Assembly (NCBI GenBank): GCA_029717555.1
Contig: JAMDHS010000118.1
Span: 1-54,035 of the forward strand
From: Peribolospora baueri
Taxonomy: Eukaryota
Direction of reading: 5' to 3'
Length of the DNA: 54,035 nucleotides
Shown here one piece after another: positions 19,198 to 30,602 of this stretch (positions within the stretch are counted from its first letter, which is position 1; the number at the start of each line of letters is the position of its first letter). The notes beneath the pieces are model-generated. The model was not told the DNA's origin. It worked only from the letters and a program-made list of their open reading frames with translations, and did not search any database. The position numbers were made by a program, and so were the translations under genes.

Positions 19198-20605
19198 AAG
19201 GTGAAAAGTAAGTAGTTGACTGGTGAAATAGAATCTGAATTAGTAGTCCTATAAGCAATCAAAGTTCTATAAAATAGAATAATGATGTACCTTTTGCATA
19301 ATGGGTCAGCAACTTAATTTATCTAGCAAGATGTAACAGTCCTAGCGAAAGCGATTGCTCCAAATAAAGTATTTTAAATATGGAGTAGATGATAGTTAGA
19401 TGAATTAGACCCGAAACTTGATGATCTTATCATGACCAGACTAATAAAAAGGGGTCGAACGGTTGAATGTTGCAAAATTCTCCGATGAGTTGTGATAAGC
19501 AAGGTGAAAGATCAATCTAATCAAGTGATATCTGGTACTCTGCGAAACATATTATAGTATGCTATTGATGTGCTCAACACACAAAAAGATTATTACAGGT
19601 ACAGCACTGATTCTCATGCTTTTAAAGCTAAATTGGGGGATTTGACGATTCTACCATTGGGAAGTAACCTCGGAATGGTAATAATTGATTATCGATGGTC
19701 AGTCTATTCATGATAAGGTGGATAGACAAAAGGGAAACAGCCCAGAGCATGAAGTATAAGGTCCCAAAGATGTTGTTAAGTGAAATTAAGGAAGTTTATA
19801 TTCTAATACAACCATTAAGTGGGCTCGGTAGCGGCCATCTTTTAATGAAAGCGTAACAGCTCATTGGTCTATAATTTATCGCTTTATTTTTAATTTAGCG
19901 AAAATTAAGAATATAAGCACCGACAATGTACCGGGTCTAGACAACACACCAAGACCATGCTAATCAAGATAATATAAAACTTGATCAAGGTAGCAGAGCA
20001 TTCAGTTCAGATGAAGGATAGTGTTTCATTATCTAGATGTAACTGAAGAGAGAATGCTGACATGAGTAACGTAAAAAGGAGAATAGAATACTCCTCGCCG
20101 AATACGAAAGGGTTTCACGGAAAGGTTATTCCGCCGTGAGTTATTGCGGTCTCTAAGGTATAGTGGCCAATGCTTCTATCTGATGAGTTAGAACCGAAAA
20201 TCACTAAATAAATCTAAAATTTTAGTCGTGACAAAATACCTAATAGGTACAAGAAAAATAAGGCTCTATTCTATTTAATTATAGAGTGCAACCGTACCCT
20301 AAACCGACACAGGTTCGTAGGTAGAGAATACTAAGGCGTAGAGATAATGCATGTGAAGGAACTCGGCAAACTATATCCGTAAGTTAGACGATAAGGATAG
20401 ATCTTGATTGAGATAATATCAGGATTGGCACAAAATCGGGAGGCACGACTGTTTACCCAAAACACAGCGATTTGCTAATACTAACGTATTTGTATAAGTC
20501 GTGAATTCTGCCCAATGCTATGAGTATAAGGAAGGTAATCATGTAATTGATGTTACTGACTAAAGCTCCAGTGAATGGCAGTCTTAACTATAAGGATTCT
20601 AAGGT

Positions 20606-21638
20606 AGCGAATAGAGAATTTAGTTGCCTCGTGTAATATTTTAGTACTTACACGATATCTTCACTATATGCTGGTAATCTTATTCGGTTATTTAGTACTG
20701 TTTAATCATTTACCGACGGCCCAATTTACATACGCCGAAACAGTTATAATCTGAGTAAACGAGGATAATCAGCAGGGAGAAAATATATTATTATGCAATG
20801 CTTTCTTTTTTTGATTCCCTTTTTTTTTCAAAGAAGACTGTACAAAACCAAAAAAGAAAAAAAATAGTTAAAGCCAATTTTTATAATAAGGCAGGCCCGC
20901 CGACATAGAATAATAATATAAACCCTCAGAGACTACACGTGAAGAGATAACATTTTTATCGAGAAAAGGAGTTTGTTGTGATTATATCCAAGGTATAAGA
21001 GAGTTGATCTCATCTCATCTTCCGATTATAATAGATTATAATAGATATATTAAGTATTAACAGAATAAAAACAATGAAAACTGAAATAATGAACACAACA
21101 AAATTAAAAGATTTACATCCTGAATGGGTACTCGGTTTCATAGATGGAGAAGATTGCTTTCACGTAGCAATTATGAAAAAACTCCACTATGAAATTAGGA
21201 TTTCAAGTTAAACTGCATTTTAGTATAACACAACACAGCAAAGATAAAGAATTAATTTTAGAATTTCTGAATTTCTTCGGTTGTGGTTATGTTGCTAAAG
21301 TAAATCCTAATAAACTTGATTTTCGAATACGAGATATTAACGATATAGAGAACCATTTATTTCCATTTCTAGAAAAGTATTCGTTGCGGACTATAAAATA
21401 TAAAGACGCAGCAGATTTCAAACGAGTATTCCAAATGATGAAGAAAGCTCAACACTTAACACCAGAAGGGTTAACAGAGATAAAATTCATTAAATCAGGA
21501 ATGAATCGTTTACGAAAGTTATCTAATAAATAGTCCAACCGTTTACCATAATAATTTAAATCCACTTATAATTAATAGCTTATTAATTAACTGTTATACA
21601 TATGGGTGCAGTCTATTTTATAATATGGTGAGCGGCTG
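20606..21638 (+). mobile_element. rnl group I intron 2 (E. coli position ~1931)
   Basis: Interrupts CTAAGGT|AGCGAAATTCC; group I core; LAGLIDADG ORF between the R and S elements. Confidence 0.9.
21074..21533 (+). pseudogene. single-motif LAGLIDADG endonuclease, frameshifted
   Basis: LHPEWVLGFIDGEDCF from ATG 21074; +1 shift in the A-run at ~21175-21181 into ORF 21189..21533 (FSITQHSKD...GMNR). Confidence 0.85.
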
Positions 21639-22131
21639 AGCGAAATTCCTTGGCCATTAAATGTGGTCCCGCATGAATGAAGTCACGATGCTTCCGCTGT
21701 CTCCACATGCATCTCAGTGAAATTGAATTATCCGTGCAGATGCGGATTACCTTCAGTTAGACGGGAAGACCCTATGCAGCTTTACTGTAGCTTGATATTG
21801 TATTGTTTAAGCTCAGATGTAGAGTATAAGGGAGTCGACTAGACGTAAGTGAAACACCTTAACTGATCTTAAAATGATACTCACCTTTTTATATAATTGG
21901 AACAGTATCAGGTAGACAGTTTTACTGGGACGGTAGCCTCTAATAAGGTATCAGAGGCCTTCGAAGGTATACATAAATTGGATGGAAACCAATATGTTAT
22001 GAATGACATAGTAAAATGTAATGATATAAGTATGCTTAACTGCAAGACTGATAGGTCAAGCAGATACGCAAGTAGGACATAGTGATCCGGTGATACATTA
22101 TGGAATGGTCATCGCTCAAGAGATAAAAGTT

Positions 22132-23344
22132 ATAGCTTTCTCATACTAATTAATAGTATAGTAATGAGAACTATCAAATGGTAAATAAACCATTAGTTTG
22201 TCAATTTTATTATACTAATAAATTCTATCAATCTTATATTCAATATTAAAAAATGCGAAAAACATTATTTATACTATCTAAAATGATAAAATCGGATGTC
22301 ATACGAGCTCTTAATGGAAAATAACCTATTTATAAATGGGGCCCTGGCCTGCGGAGCTTATACTAATATATTAAATAATAATTCTTATATTGGTTCTTCA
22401 TCAGATCTTGCTAGAAGAATTCCAGAATATTTTACAATTACCCTTCTTTTTTTGATTCCCTTTTTTTTTCTTTTTTTTTGTCAAAAAAAAAATAAGAAGA
22501 CTGTACAAAACCAAAAAAGAAAAAGCAGAATTAAATCGGGGTGAAAGTATCATCCATAGAGCTTTATTGAAATAGGATTATAAAAATTTTACATTAGAAA
22601 TCATAGAAGTAATTGATAGTATTGGATTATCACGTTCTGAATTACGTTCTAAACTTCTAGAACGAGAACAATATTATATTGATCTATTAAAACCTGAATA
22701 TAATATTAGAAATATTGCAGGAAATAACTTAGGAGCTGTAATGTCACCAGCTACTAGAGAAAAGATGAGTAAAGCTAAGACTGGTTTTCCTTCACATAGA
22801 AAAGGAAAGAAAGGTATAGAAGCTTTCTCAGATGAATCTAGATCTAAGATGAGTATGAATAGTGCTATGAATAAACCAGTATTTGTATATAATAAAGAAC
22901 ATGTACTATTATTCCCACCATTTTCTAATATATCAAAATGTGCTTTATTTCTTGGAATTTCAAGATTTCGAATTGGAAGAGCATTAGATACAGGTAAAAT
23001 AGTAGAAAATAAATATATATTTACTTCTTCAATTAATACAGAATGGGATAATACTTTGCTATAGATATACTAATATTAACCCTTCATATATTAGTATAGT
23101 TTCGTAGTACATTTTTAATATAATTAAAATTGACTTAGGATAGAAAGGCGTGACCACATCATAAATTGATGTGAATAGCCATTAATTGCAGAGAACTTCT
23201 TGTAATAAGATAGTATATGTTATTATACTAACAATGCTTATTATGTATAGAATATATCCGCAGACTTATGTAAGTTTCAGAGACTAAACATGGCTCATAT
23301 TTTATAAATAAAAATATGAAGTGATAGTCCAAATTTTCCCTTTG
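22132..23344 (+). mobile_element. rnl group I intron 3 (E. coli position ~2438)
   Basis: Interrupts ATAAAAGTT|ACGCTAGGGATAAC; TCAGAGACTA / GATAGTCC core near the 3' end. Confidence 0.88.
22296..23064 (+). pseudogene. degenerate GIY-YIG endonuclease in rnl intron 3
   Basis: NNNSYIGSSSDLARR, LEREQYYIDLLKPEYN and NUMOD3/NUMOD1-like tail; broken by repeat insertions at ~22338 and ~22441-22530 and by TAG at 22573. Confidence 0.85.
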
Positions 23345-24135
23345 ACGCTAGGGATAACAGGCTAATCAGAGACGAGAGTTCATATTGTCTCTCTGGTTTG
23401 GCACCTCGATGTCGACTCATCCTATCCTCCGGCTGTAAAAGGTTGGAAGGGTTCAGCTGTTCGTTGATTAAAAGGGTACGTGAGTTGGGTTCAATACGAC
23501 GTGAGTCAGTATCGTTCCTCTCTTCTGAAGGAAAGAGTAGTCAATTAGGAATTCACAATTAGTACGAAAGGACTTTTGTGAGTAAGTCCATGGTGTACCT
23601 ATTGTTAAATATTTATTAGTATTAGGCATAGTAGGGTAGCTACACTTATAATAGATAAAAGCTGAAAGCATCTTAAGCTTGAAACTAATCCTCGGAGACT
23701 ACTGTAAATAAGAGATAGACTATCTCTTTTCTATGTAGGCATATAGCGTACATGTAGAAAAATAGGATGCAAATGTACATGTAGTGATACATTTAGTTTA
23801 GCATTACTAATTTATTAATAAACTTGGAAGTACCATATTGTCAAATTAAATAATTTAGTGGCGCTTAGGCCAGCTTTTATTTAAATAAATTACAAGATCG
23901 TTTGTGGTTTATTTTGTGATTTCCTTTTTTTTTTCAAAGAAAAAAAAATACAAAAAATTAGGAAACCTCCCGGCCTGCCTTTTTTTATAGAAATGTATAA
24001 ATGAAAAAGCGTAGCCTGTTTTAACTAATTTAAATTCTTTTTATAGGATAAACTAAAAAATCTTTTACTAAAAGAATATAAAGGTAAGATATAAATAAAA
24101 ATGTTAAGTGTTAATTTTACTAACTGGAGATTTAA

Positions 24136-24207
24136 TCAAACTGCCGGGAGTTGAACCCGGACCCCTTACTCCCAAAGTAAGTACCTTTCCCTTGGGCCAT
24201 CAGTCTG
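24136..24207 (-). tRNA. trnP: tRNA-Pro(UGG)
   Basis: Minus strand: CAGACTG...CTTAC-TTTGGGA-GTAAG...CCGGG-TTCAACT-CCCGG-CAGTTTGA. Confidence 0.92.
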
Positions 24208-24363
24208 GAAAATAAAATATACTAAAATATTATGGCTCCGCCCGACTAAGAAACTACTACGCTGGGCCTGCCTTATTATAAAAATTTATTCTGAAATTTT
24301 ATATAATTGGTTCGTTGGTAAGGCTCCAGAGGAAACTAGAAAATGTTAAATGCAAATTAATAA

Positions 24364-24435
24364 GGTATTATAGCATAGTGGTCATGCAGAGTACTGTTAA
24401 TGCTCCTTACAGTGGTTCGATTCCACTTAATATCT
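24364..24435 (+). tRNA. trnN: tRNA-Asn(GUU)
   Basis: GAGTA-CTGTTAA-TGCTC arm; acceptor GGTATTA/TAATATC. Confidence 0.92.
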
Positions 24436-24456
24436 TTTATCCTGTATCATAAAATA

Positions 24457-24536
24457 CGGACAAGATGAGATTCGAACTCATGAACCGTAGTACCTAGTTT
24501 CAAGCTAGGCGTGTTAAACCACTCCACCACTTGTCC
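24457..24536 (-). tRNA. trnS: tRNA-Ser(UGA)
   Basis: Minus strand: GGACAAG...CCTAG-CTTGAAA-CTAGG, variable arm, ...CTTGTCCG. Confidence 0.92.
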
Positions 24537-24805
24537 TAATATATAAAAAGGAATACTGAAAAAAATATATAATATTATATTTACCTATAAATTTATAGCC
24601 TAATTATCTAGTTAATTTGTTTTACTTATTAACATTAATATATGAAATATGCATGCGAAGCGTTATATAAAATAAATTATACCAAACTCTTTAAAGGAGA
24701 GCTTATCGAAGAGTGTTTAATTAAACTATTTCTTTTAAGTAATATAATGCTTAATTAAATTTAAGCTGTGTACTAATTTCGTATAATATTAGTAGCTCCG
24801 AAGTA

Positions 24806-26653
24806 ATGTTAATAATAGGATTAATTTCATTATTACTGGCGATCCCGCTATATTCCGTCTCAATAACAACTAGTTTATTTAATAGAATAGCTTCAATAAT
24901 TTTACTTCTTTCAGCACTACTATCTTTTAATGCATTATATACAAATTTAGTAGCATCTGGAATAGGTATTTACTCTGGAGTATTTCATGTAACAACAGTT
25001 TCTCTAGGTATGGATGCATTTATTTTTGTAATAGGTGCTCTAATTTTAATTCCTTGGGCCTCACAAACTAATAAAATAAGTACAAATTTAGGATCAACAT
25101 CAATACCAAGTATAAATGAATATGCTTTAATGATATTATTTACTACTACTGGAGCATCTTTATTAGTATCAAGTTCAGATTTAGTTTCAATGTATTTATC
25201 AATTGAATTACAAAGTTTTGCTGTTTATATCTTAGCTTCTTTATATAAAGATTCTGAGTCAGCAACTTCTGCCGGATTAAAATATTTCTTATTAGGTGCA
25301 TTATCTTCAGCGTTTATTTTATTAGGTTCTGCAATAATTTATAGCTATACAGGAGTAACACAATTTGAAAGTATTTATGCATTAGCCTCAGTTTCTGGAA
25401 ATGATCTATTTACTTCATCTATTATACTAGGTATGGTTATGATTTGTGTAGGATTCTTATTTAAAGTAGCTGCAGCACCATTCCATAATTGGGCACCAGA
25501 TGTTTATGATGGAGTACCTACAATAGTAACTATTTGGTTAAGTATAATGCCTAAAATTTCTATATTTATATTGCTATTAGAAATACAAGCTGGTATCCAA
25601 GGAAACTTAGAATCAATATCATTATTATTCCTTGATAGTACATTTAATGTATTTTCAAACTTGTTATTAATTGCTTCATTATTCTCATTAATTATTGGTA
25701 CTGTAGTAGGATTAGCTCAATATAGAATTAAACGATTATTAGCTTATTCAACTATAAGTCATGTAGGATTTTTATTATTAGCCTTAGCTATTAATTCTGA
25801 AGAATCAATTGAATCTTTCTTATTCTACTTAATTCAATATTCAATTACTAACTTAAATACTTTCTTTGTTTTACTTGCATTTGGATATATTATTCATAAA
25901 GCTAAAATACCAATGTCATTAAGAACACTACACTCAAGAAAAGCAAATTTAGGAATTAGTAGTGATATACAATTTATCGATGAATTAAAAGGACAATTTA
26001 GAAATAATCCATTACTAGGATTAAGTCTAGCTATTTGTTTATTCTCTATGGCAGGTTAAAAGGAAGCTTGCCACTATAAAAAAAATATCACTATATGCTA
26101 GAAGTTCGTATAATAGTTTAGTACATTATAGATTATAATGTAAAAGTCTTAACTATTCGATAACCAGCAGATTTATGAAAATCTTAGAGACTATACGTGA
26201 TACAGTACTACTAGTACAAAGATATAGTCCGATAAACTTCTCTCCTCAATTTAACAGATATATTGTACACAGCATATTTCGTTTACATTTCATTTAGAGA
26301 GAGAGAGTTTATTGATTCCACCCTTAATTGGTTTCTTTGCTAAACAAATGGTTCTATATTCATCAATACATGGTGGATATTATTTCTTATCAATAATTGC
26401 TATATTAGTAAGTGTTATTAGTGCATCATACTATCTAAAAATAGTTAAAGTTATTTACTTTGAAGAAGATAATACTGAAAAAGATAATGTATCAACAAAA
26501 CAATCTGAAGTATCAGATGATTCATTAGTTCTATCAAATGCACATAGCTTTATAATTGCTACATTAACTATGATAATTGTACTATTTGTACTACAACCAT
26601 CAATAATATTAAATAGCACACATCTATTGGCTTTAAGTTTATTCTATTACTAA
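24806..26653 (+). CDS. nad2: NADH dehydrogenase subunit 2; exons 24806-26056, 26315-26653
   Basis: [30 protein letters not shown] and [15 protein letters not shown]. Confidence 0.96.
26057..26314 (+). mobile_element. nad2 group I intron, ORF-less (258 nt)
   Basis: ATGCTAG / CCAGCAG / TAGAGACTAT / AAGATATAGTCC core. Confidence 0.88.
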
Positions 26654-27099
26654 TGAATACTATTACATTATTTATAATATTTATTCCTATTCTTGTACTA
26701 ATATTATTACTAGTTAATTTATTATTAGCAGTACATAGACCAGATTCAGAAAAGGTTACACCATATGAATGTGGATTCAGCCCAGTATTTGGACAAACTA
26801 GAAAACCATTCTCAATTCAATTCTATTTAGTAGGTATTCTATTCTTAGTATTTGATTTAGAAATACTACTTCTATTCCCTATTTCTGTAACTTTATACCA
26901 AGTGTCTTATTATGGATTCTGGATTGCAATGACATTCTTTATTCTTCTAACTTTAGGATTCGTTTTCGAATTCTGTTCAGGAGCATTGGCGTTTACAGAT
27001 CAAAGATCAGCAATTCAAAAAGTTATAATGGAAACTAGAAAAATACGTAATATAGAACCTTCAAATCCCCTAACTAGAAATAGAAAATATAAATTCTAA
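26653..27099 (+). CDS. nad3: NADH dehydrogenase subunit 3 (1-nt TAATG overlap with nad2)
   Basis: [10 protein letters not shown] and FLVFDLEI motifs. Confidence 0.96.
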   Translation: MNTITLFIIFIPILVLILLLVNLLLAVHRPDSEKVTPYECGFSPVFGQTRKPFSIQFYLVGILFLVFDLEILLLFPISVTLYQVSYYGFWIAMTFFILLTLGFVFEFCSGALAFTDQRSAIQKVIMETRKIRNIEPSNPLTRNRKYKF

Positions 27100-27379
27100 T
27101 AAAATTGGATATCGTTACTTATCCACTACTTCTATTAATTAAATAAGTATTATAAAAGAGATTGTTGAATCAAATACAGAATTTAAACATAATTCTAATC
27201 AGAATCTAACAGTTATAGATGTTATTCGAGATACATTCCCTAAACCAAAATTTATGTACATTTAATATTGGAGTAATATTACTCCTATTTCTATTTAAAA
27301 AATGGTGGGGGGCCCTGGCGGAGCCATCCTATTTCTAAATTTGGAAATATTTTAAATATGGATAAAGAAGAGGTTATAA

Positions 27380-28223
27380 ATTAAGATATTTATATTTATC
27401 GACTAAAGGATATGCCTTATAAAGCATATGTAGGATCAGCGCAAAATTTTGGACGACGACAATCTTCACATCGACAAGCATATAATAGATTTATAAAAGA
27501 TCTGAAAAAATTAGGATCTAAACGATTATTTAAAGCTATTTAAAAATACGCTTGGCTAAATTTTGAATATCCTATATTATCAACTTGTACTATTCCTATG
27601 CTAGATTATTTCGAAAATAAATATTTAGCTTATAAACCTTATTATAATGATTTATTCTATTCAGAGGGGCCCACTCAAAGTAGATTTAGAAGAAGCATTA
27701 ATTAGACTTGTAGCAAATAGACCCAAAATAAAAAGAATACCACGTATTTTTAATCTGATGAATTAGAATCTTTTCAAGAAGCACTAGGTAAACCTTTTCG
27801 AAGATATGATAATGATAAGAAATATGTTCGAACATTTCTTGCATTAAGATTAGCTATGAGAGAGTTAAAAATGAAAAGGATAACAATAAAACGTTATTTA
27901 GATACTGGAATAATCTATAAACATTTTTAGTTTCCTTCGATTTCCTTTTTCTTTTGGCAAAAAAAGATTTAGAAAAAGCAGAATTATTACCTAAACCAAC
28001 TAAGTTTAAACCTCCTTTAACTAGACCTCAGAAGCAAGAGGTAAGAATTACAAATATTACTACTGGAGAAATAACTTTCCATTCTTCTGGATCACTAGCT
28101 ACAAATTATTTAATATCCTTGGGTGCCCTGGCGTAGCCATGTAATGACTAATGCAAGTTCAATGTTTAGATATATAAGAGATAGCCGAATAATACAAGGC
28201 TATAAGGTAGAAAAATCAAATAG
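27380..28223 (+). pseudogene. degenerate free-standing GIY-YIG endonuclease downstream of nad3
   Basis: DIYIYRLKDMPYKAYVGSAQNFGRRQSSH, FENKYLAYKPYYN and NUMOD1-like repeats; many stops and frameshifts. Confidence 0.75.
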
Positions 28224-28301
28224 ATAAAATAAAACTACTATATTACATTATTTTCTAAATATAAGTAAATGATAGTAAGCCTAAATAAGACCACTTTAAG
28301 C

Positions 28302-28360
28302 TCAGGAGCTTTATATTTTACAGATCAAAGATCTGCTATCCAAAAAGGTATTATAGAAAG
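28302..28360 (+). pseudogene. duplicated, displaced 3' end of nad3
   Basis: Encodes [19 protein letters not shown], versus [19 protein letters not shown] at 26977-27033. Confidence 0.88.
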
Positions 28361-29055
28361 ACCAACCCCCCCCCTAAAATCTATAAAGGATTCTTGCGTG
28401 AATCTTTTTCTACAATCTTTTTATACAATCTTTTTTGTTTTTTTGATTCCCTTTGAAAAAAAAAGTAAAAAAAAGGAAGGCTATATAAAATGATTTCATG
28501 AATAAATGATCTGTTATGTTGAACATAGAACTTTTATACACTTTTTTAATTTACTGATATCGGTTTAAGTTATTATTATAAATACAACATTTAGCTGATT
28601 TTTAATAAAATAACAATTAAGCCAATTTTAATAAGGCAGGTGGGCGGAGCCACAGAAATTTCATTTATATAAGATTATTATATTTAATAACAGCATCAGG
28701 GCTAATTTTTATGCGCTGCTGGCTCCTAATTTTTGTTTCACAAAAATAACCGCCTGAAAAGATTTTTAATATAAAAGATAAGAATATAATATTATAGGTA
28801 TTATATAAATATATATAAATTTATTATTGATATAACTCCGGGGGTGGCTCCACCCATCATATATAGATTATAAAAGCTCCGCTAGTAAGGCTCCAGAGGA
28901 AACAAGTTGAATTAAGTATATATAAAAATATTATTGTTATATATTAGTTTGATGTGAGACTATCTACTTTTTCCGTAGGATCTAGTTTAACTTACTTTTA
29001 AATAAATCAGGGGAAAACCCCAAGGAATCTGGAGCTTATATATAATAAAATGTAA

Positions 29056-29128
29056 GGGAATCTAGCTTAATTGGTAAAGCATAGAGTTGTCGATTCTATA
29101 GATGTGAGTTCGAGCCTCATGATTCTCG
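29056..29128 (+). tRNA. trnD: tRNA-Asp(GUC)
   Basis: Acceptor GGGAATC/GATTCTC; TAGAG-TTGTCGA-TTCTA arm. Confidence 0.93.
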
Positions 29129-29724
29129 CATATTTAATATAAAATGATTTATATACTTATAAGTATATACCATACTTATTTAAAGTATACTGTTAATTTT
29201 ATCAGTAATATATATTACTGTCATATATCAATATGATATAGCTTTTGTTTATCATATATCGTTGATACAAAGTTTAAACTAATTATATAATTTAAAGTAT
29301 TAATATCTCTGTGGCCTATCCCCCCTCTCCACGCATAAAATTTTTAAACATTTACTTATTAATCGGATTTTTAAAAATCAGGAGCGCGGAGCCGTTATAA
29401 GATTAAACAAATTTTCTGGGGGCCTGCAAATCTTTGCATAATTATTATAATGTAATTGTCGTAGTATCTATACAATTATTTTCATATGGCTTATTAATAT
29501 GATAATACTTTAGTCATTCTATTGATCGAATTGAGTAATAAACTATTTACGCGTTGTTTTACCTAAAATTTATATAAAAAAGCACGCTTAAATATAAACT
29601 CAAATTTTAACTATCTTATCTTAATATTTGATTTGACTGGTTCTTTATGTCCTCGAAATATATTAAGTTATTTAAATAGGTATTATTATTATTACCTTAA
29701 GGAAATTGTACTGATAATACAGCA

Positions 29725-30602
29725 ATGAATCTTTCAGTTATTCTATTTCTAATAGGAGTATTAGGATTTGTTCTTAACAGAAAGAATATAATATTAATGT
29801 TAATTAGTATTGAAATAATGCTTCTAGCTGTAACTGTATTAGTATTAGTAAGTTCATACAGTTTTGATGATATAATAGGTCAAACATATGGAATTTATAT
29901 AATTGCTATTGCAGGAGCTGAATCTGCTATTGGATTAGGAATATTAGTAGCTTTTTATCGACTTTACTCTCTTAGTCCTAGTATACATCTTTAAAATACT
30001 ATGCATATTACTATATGCTGAGAAATTACTATCATATTTATTTTAGTAAAATTATATTACTACAATAATCATATAAACTACTCTAAATTAATAAACATAG
30101 AGTAAAAATGTTTCAGAATATTGAATATTTAATAGTAACGTTCAGCAGATTAAATTAATCTCAGAGACTATACGTAATACTCAAATAAATTATTACTGTG
30201 GCTGAACCTTTTTTGTTTAACAAAAAGCGTAATATCCAAATAAATTTATAGAGATGATATAGTCCTTACTCAAATCTTTTTATATTTAAAACTTATTAAC
30301 ATAAGGTGGTGGTAGATAAGAGAAATTATATCTATCTACTATGCTCAAAGGGACCCACCTTTATTTTTGTGATTTCCTTTTTTTTTTCAAAGGGAATCAA
30401 AAAAAACACAAAAATTAGGATTTAGTTTTAATTAACAATAAATGCATCCAATAATATATAATACTTCATGCACTTAATTAATACATACTATTTCAGCAAC
30501 AATTTATTTATCTATGATAAGTATGTACATTATTATTATATACATATTTAAATACTAAAAAGATAGGAGAAAGTAAGAGGAAATATTTCACTACGTTCAT
30601 AA
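29725..30602 (+). CDS. nad4L: NADH dehydrogenase subunit 4L; exons 29725-29962, 30574-30602
   Basis: [17 protein letters not shown](C|TA)RGNISLRS*; the stop overlaps the nad5 ATG (TAATG). Confidence 0.94.
29963..30573 (+). mobile_element. nad4L group I intron, ORF-less
   Basis: ATGCTG / TCAGCAG / TCAGAGACTAT / GATATAGTCC core; guide at 29969-29977. Confidence 0.86.

Larger units (their letters stand above)
18410..23838 (+). rRNA. rnl: large subunit rRNA; exons ~18410-18840, 19198-20605, 21639-22131, 23345-~23838
   Basis: Conserved GAAGTGAAACATCTCAGTA, GACCCGAAAC, CCGTACCCTAAACCGACACAGG, GGGATAACAGG and GGCACCTCGATGTCG. The approximate ends (ATATGG..CCAAGT / ACTTGG..CCATAT) pair with each other. 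Confidence 0.95.

Noticed and set aside
20606..20612. Intron 5' ends duplicating the start of the next exon (AGCGAA here; TAAC at 4518; TATG at 48052) as target-site duplications
   Set aside because: Expected from the guide sequence pairing with both the P1 extension and P10 in group I introns.
21897..23671. ORFs at 21897..22082 and 23468..23671
   Set aside because: They overlap conserved rnl exon sequence.
28269..28493. 74-aa ORF as an independent gene
   Set aside because: It is the displaced nad3 tail plus repeat-derived sequence.
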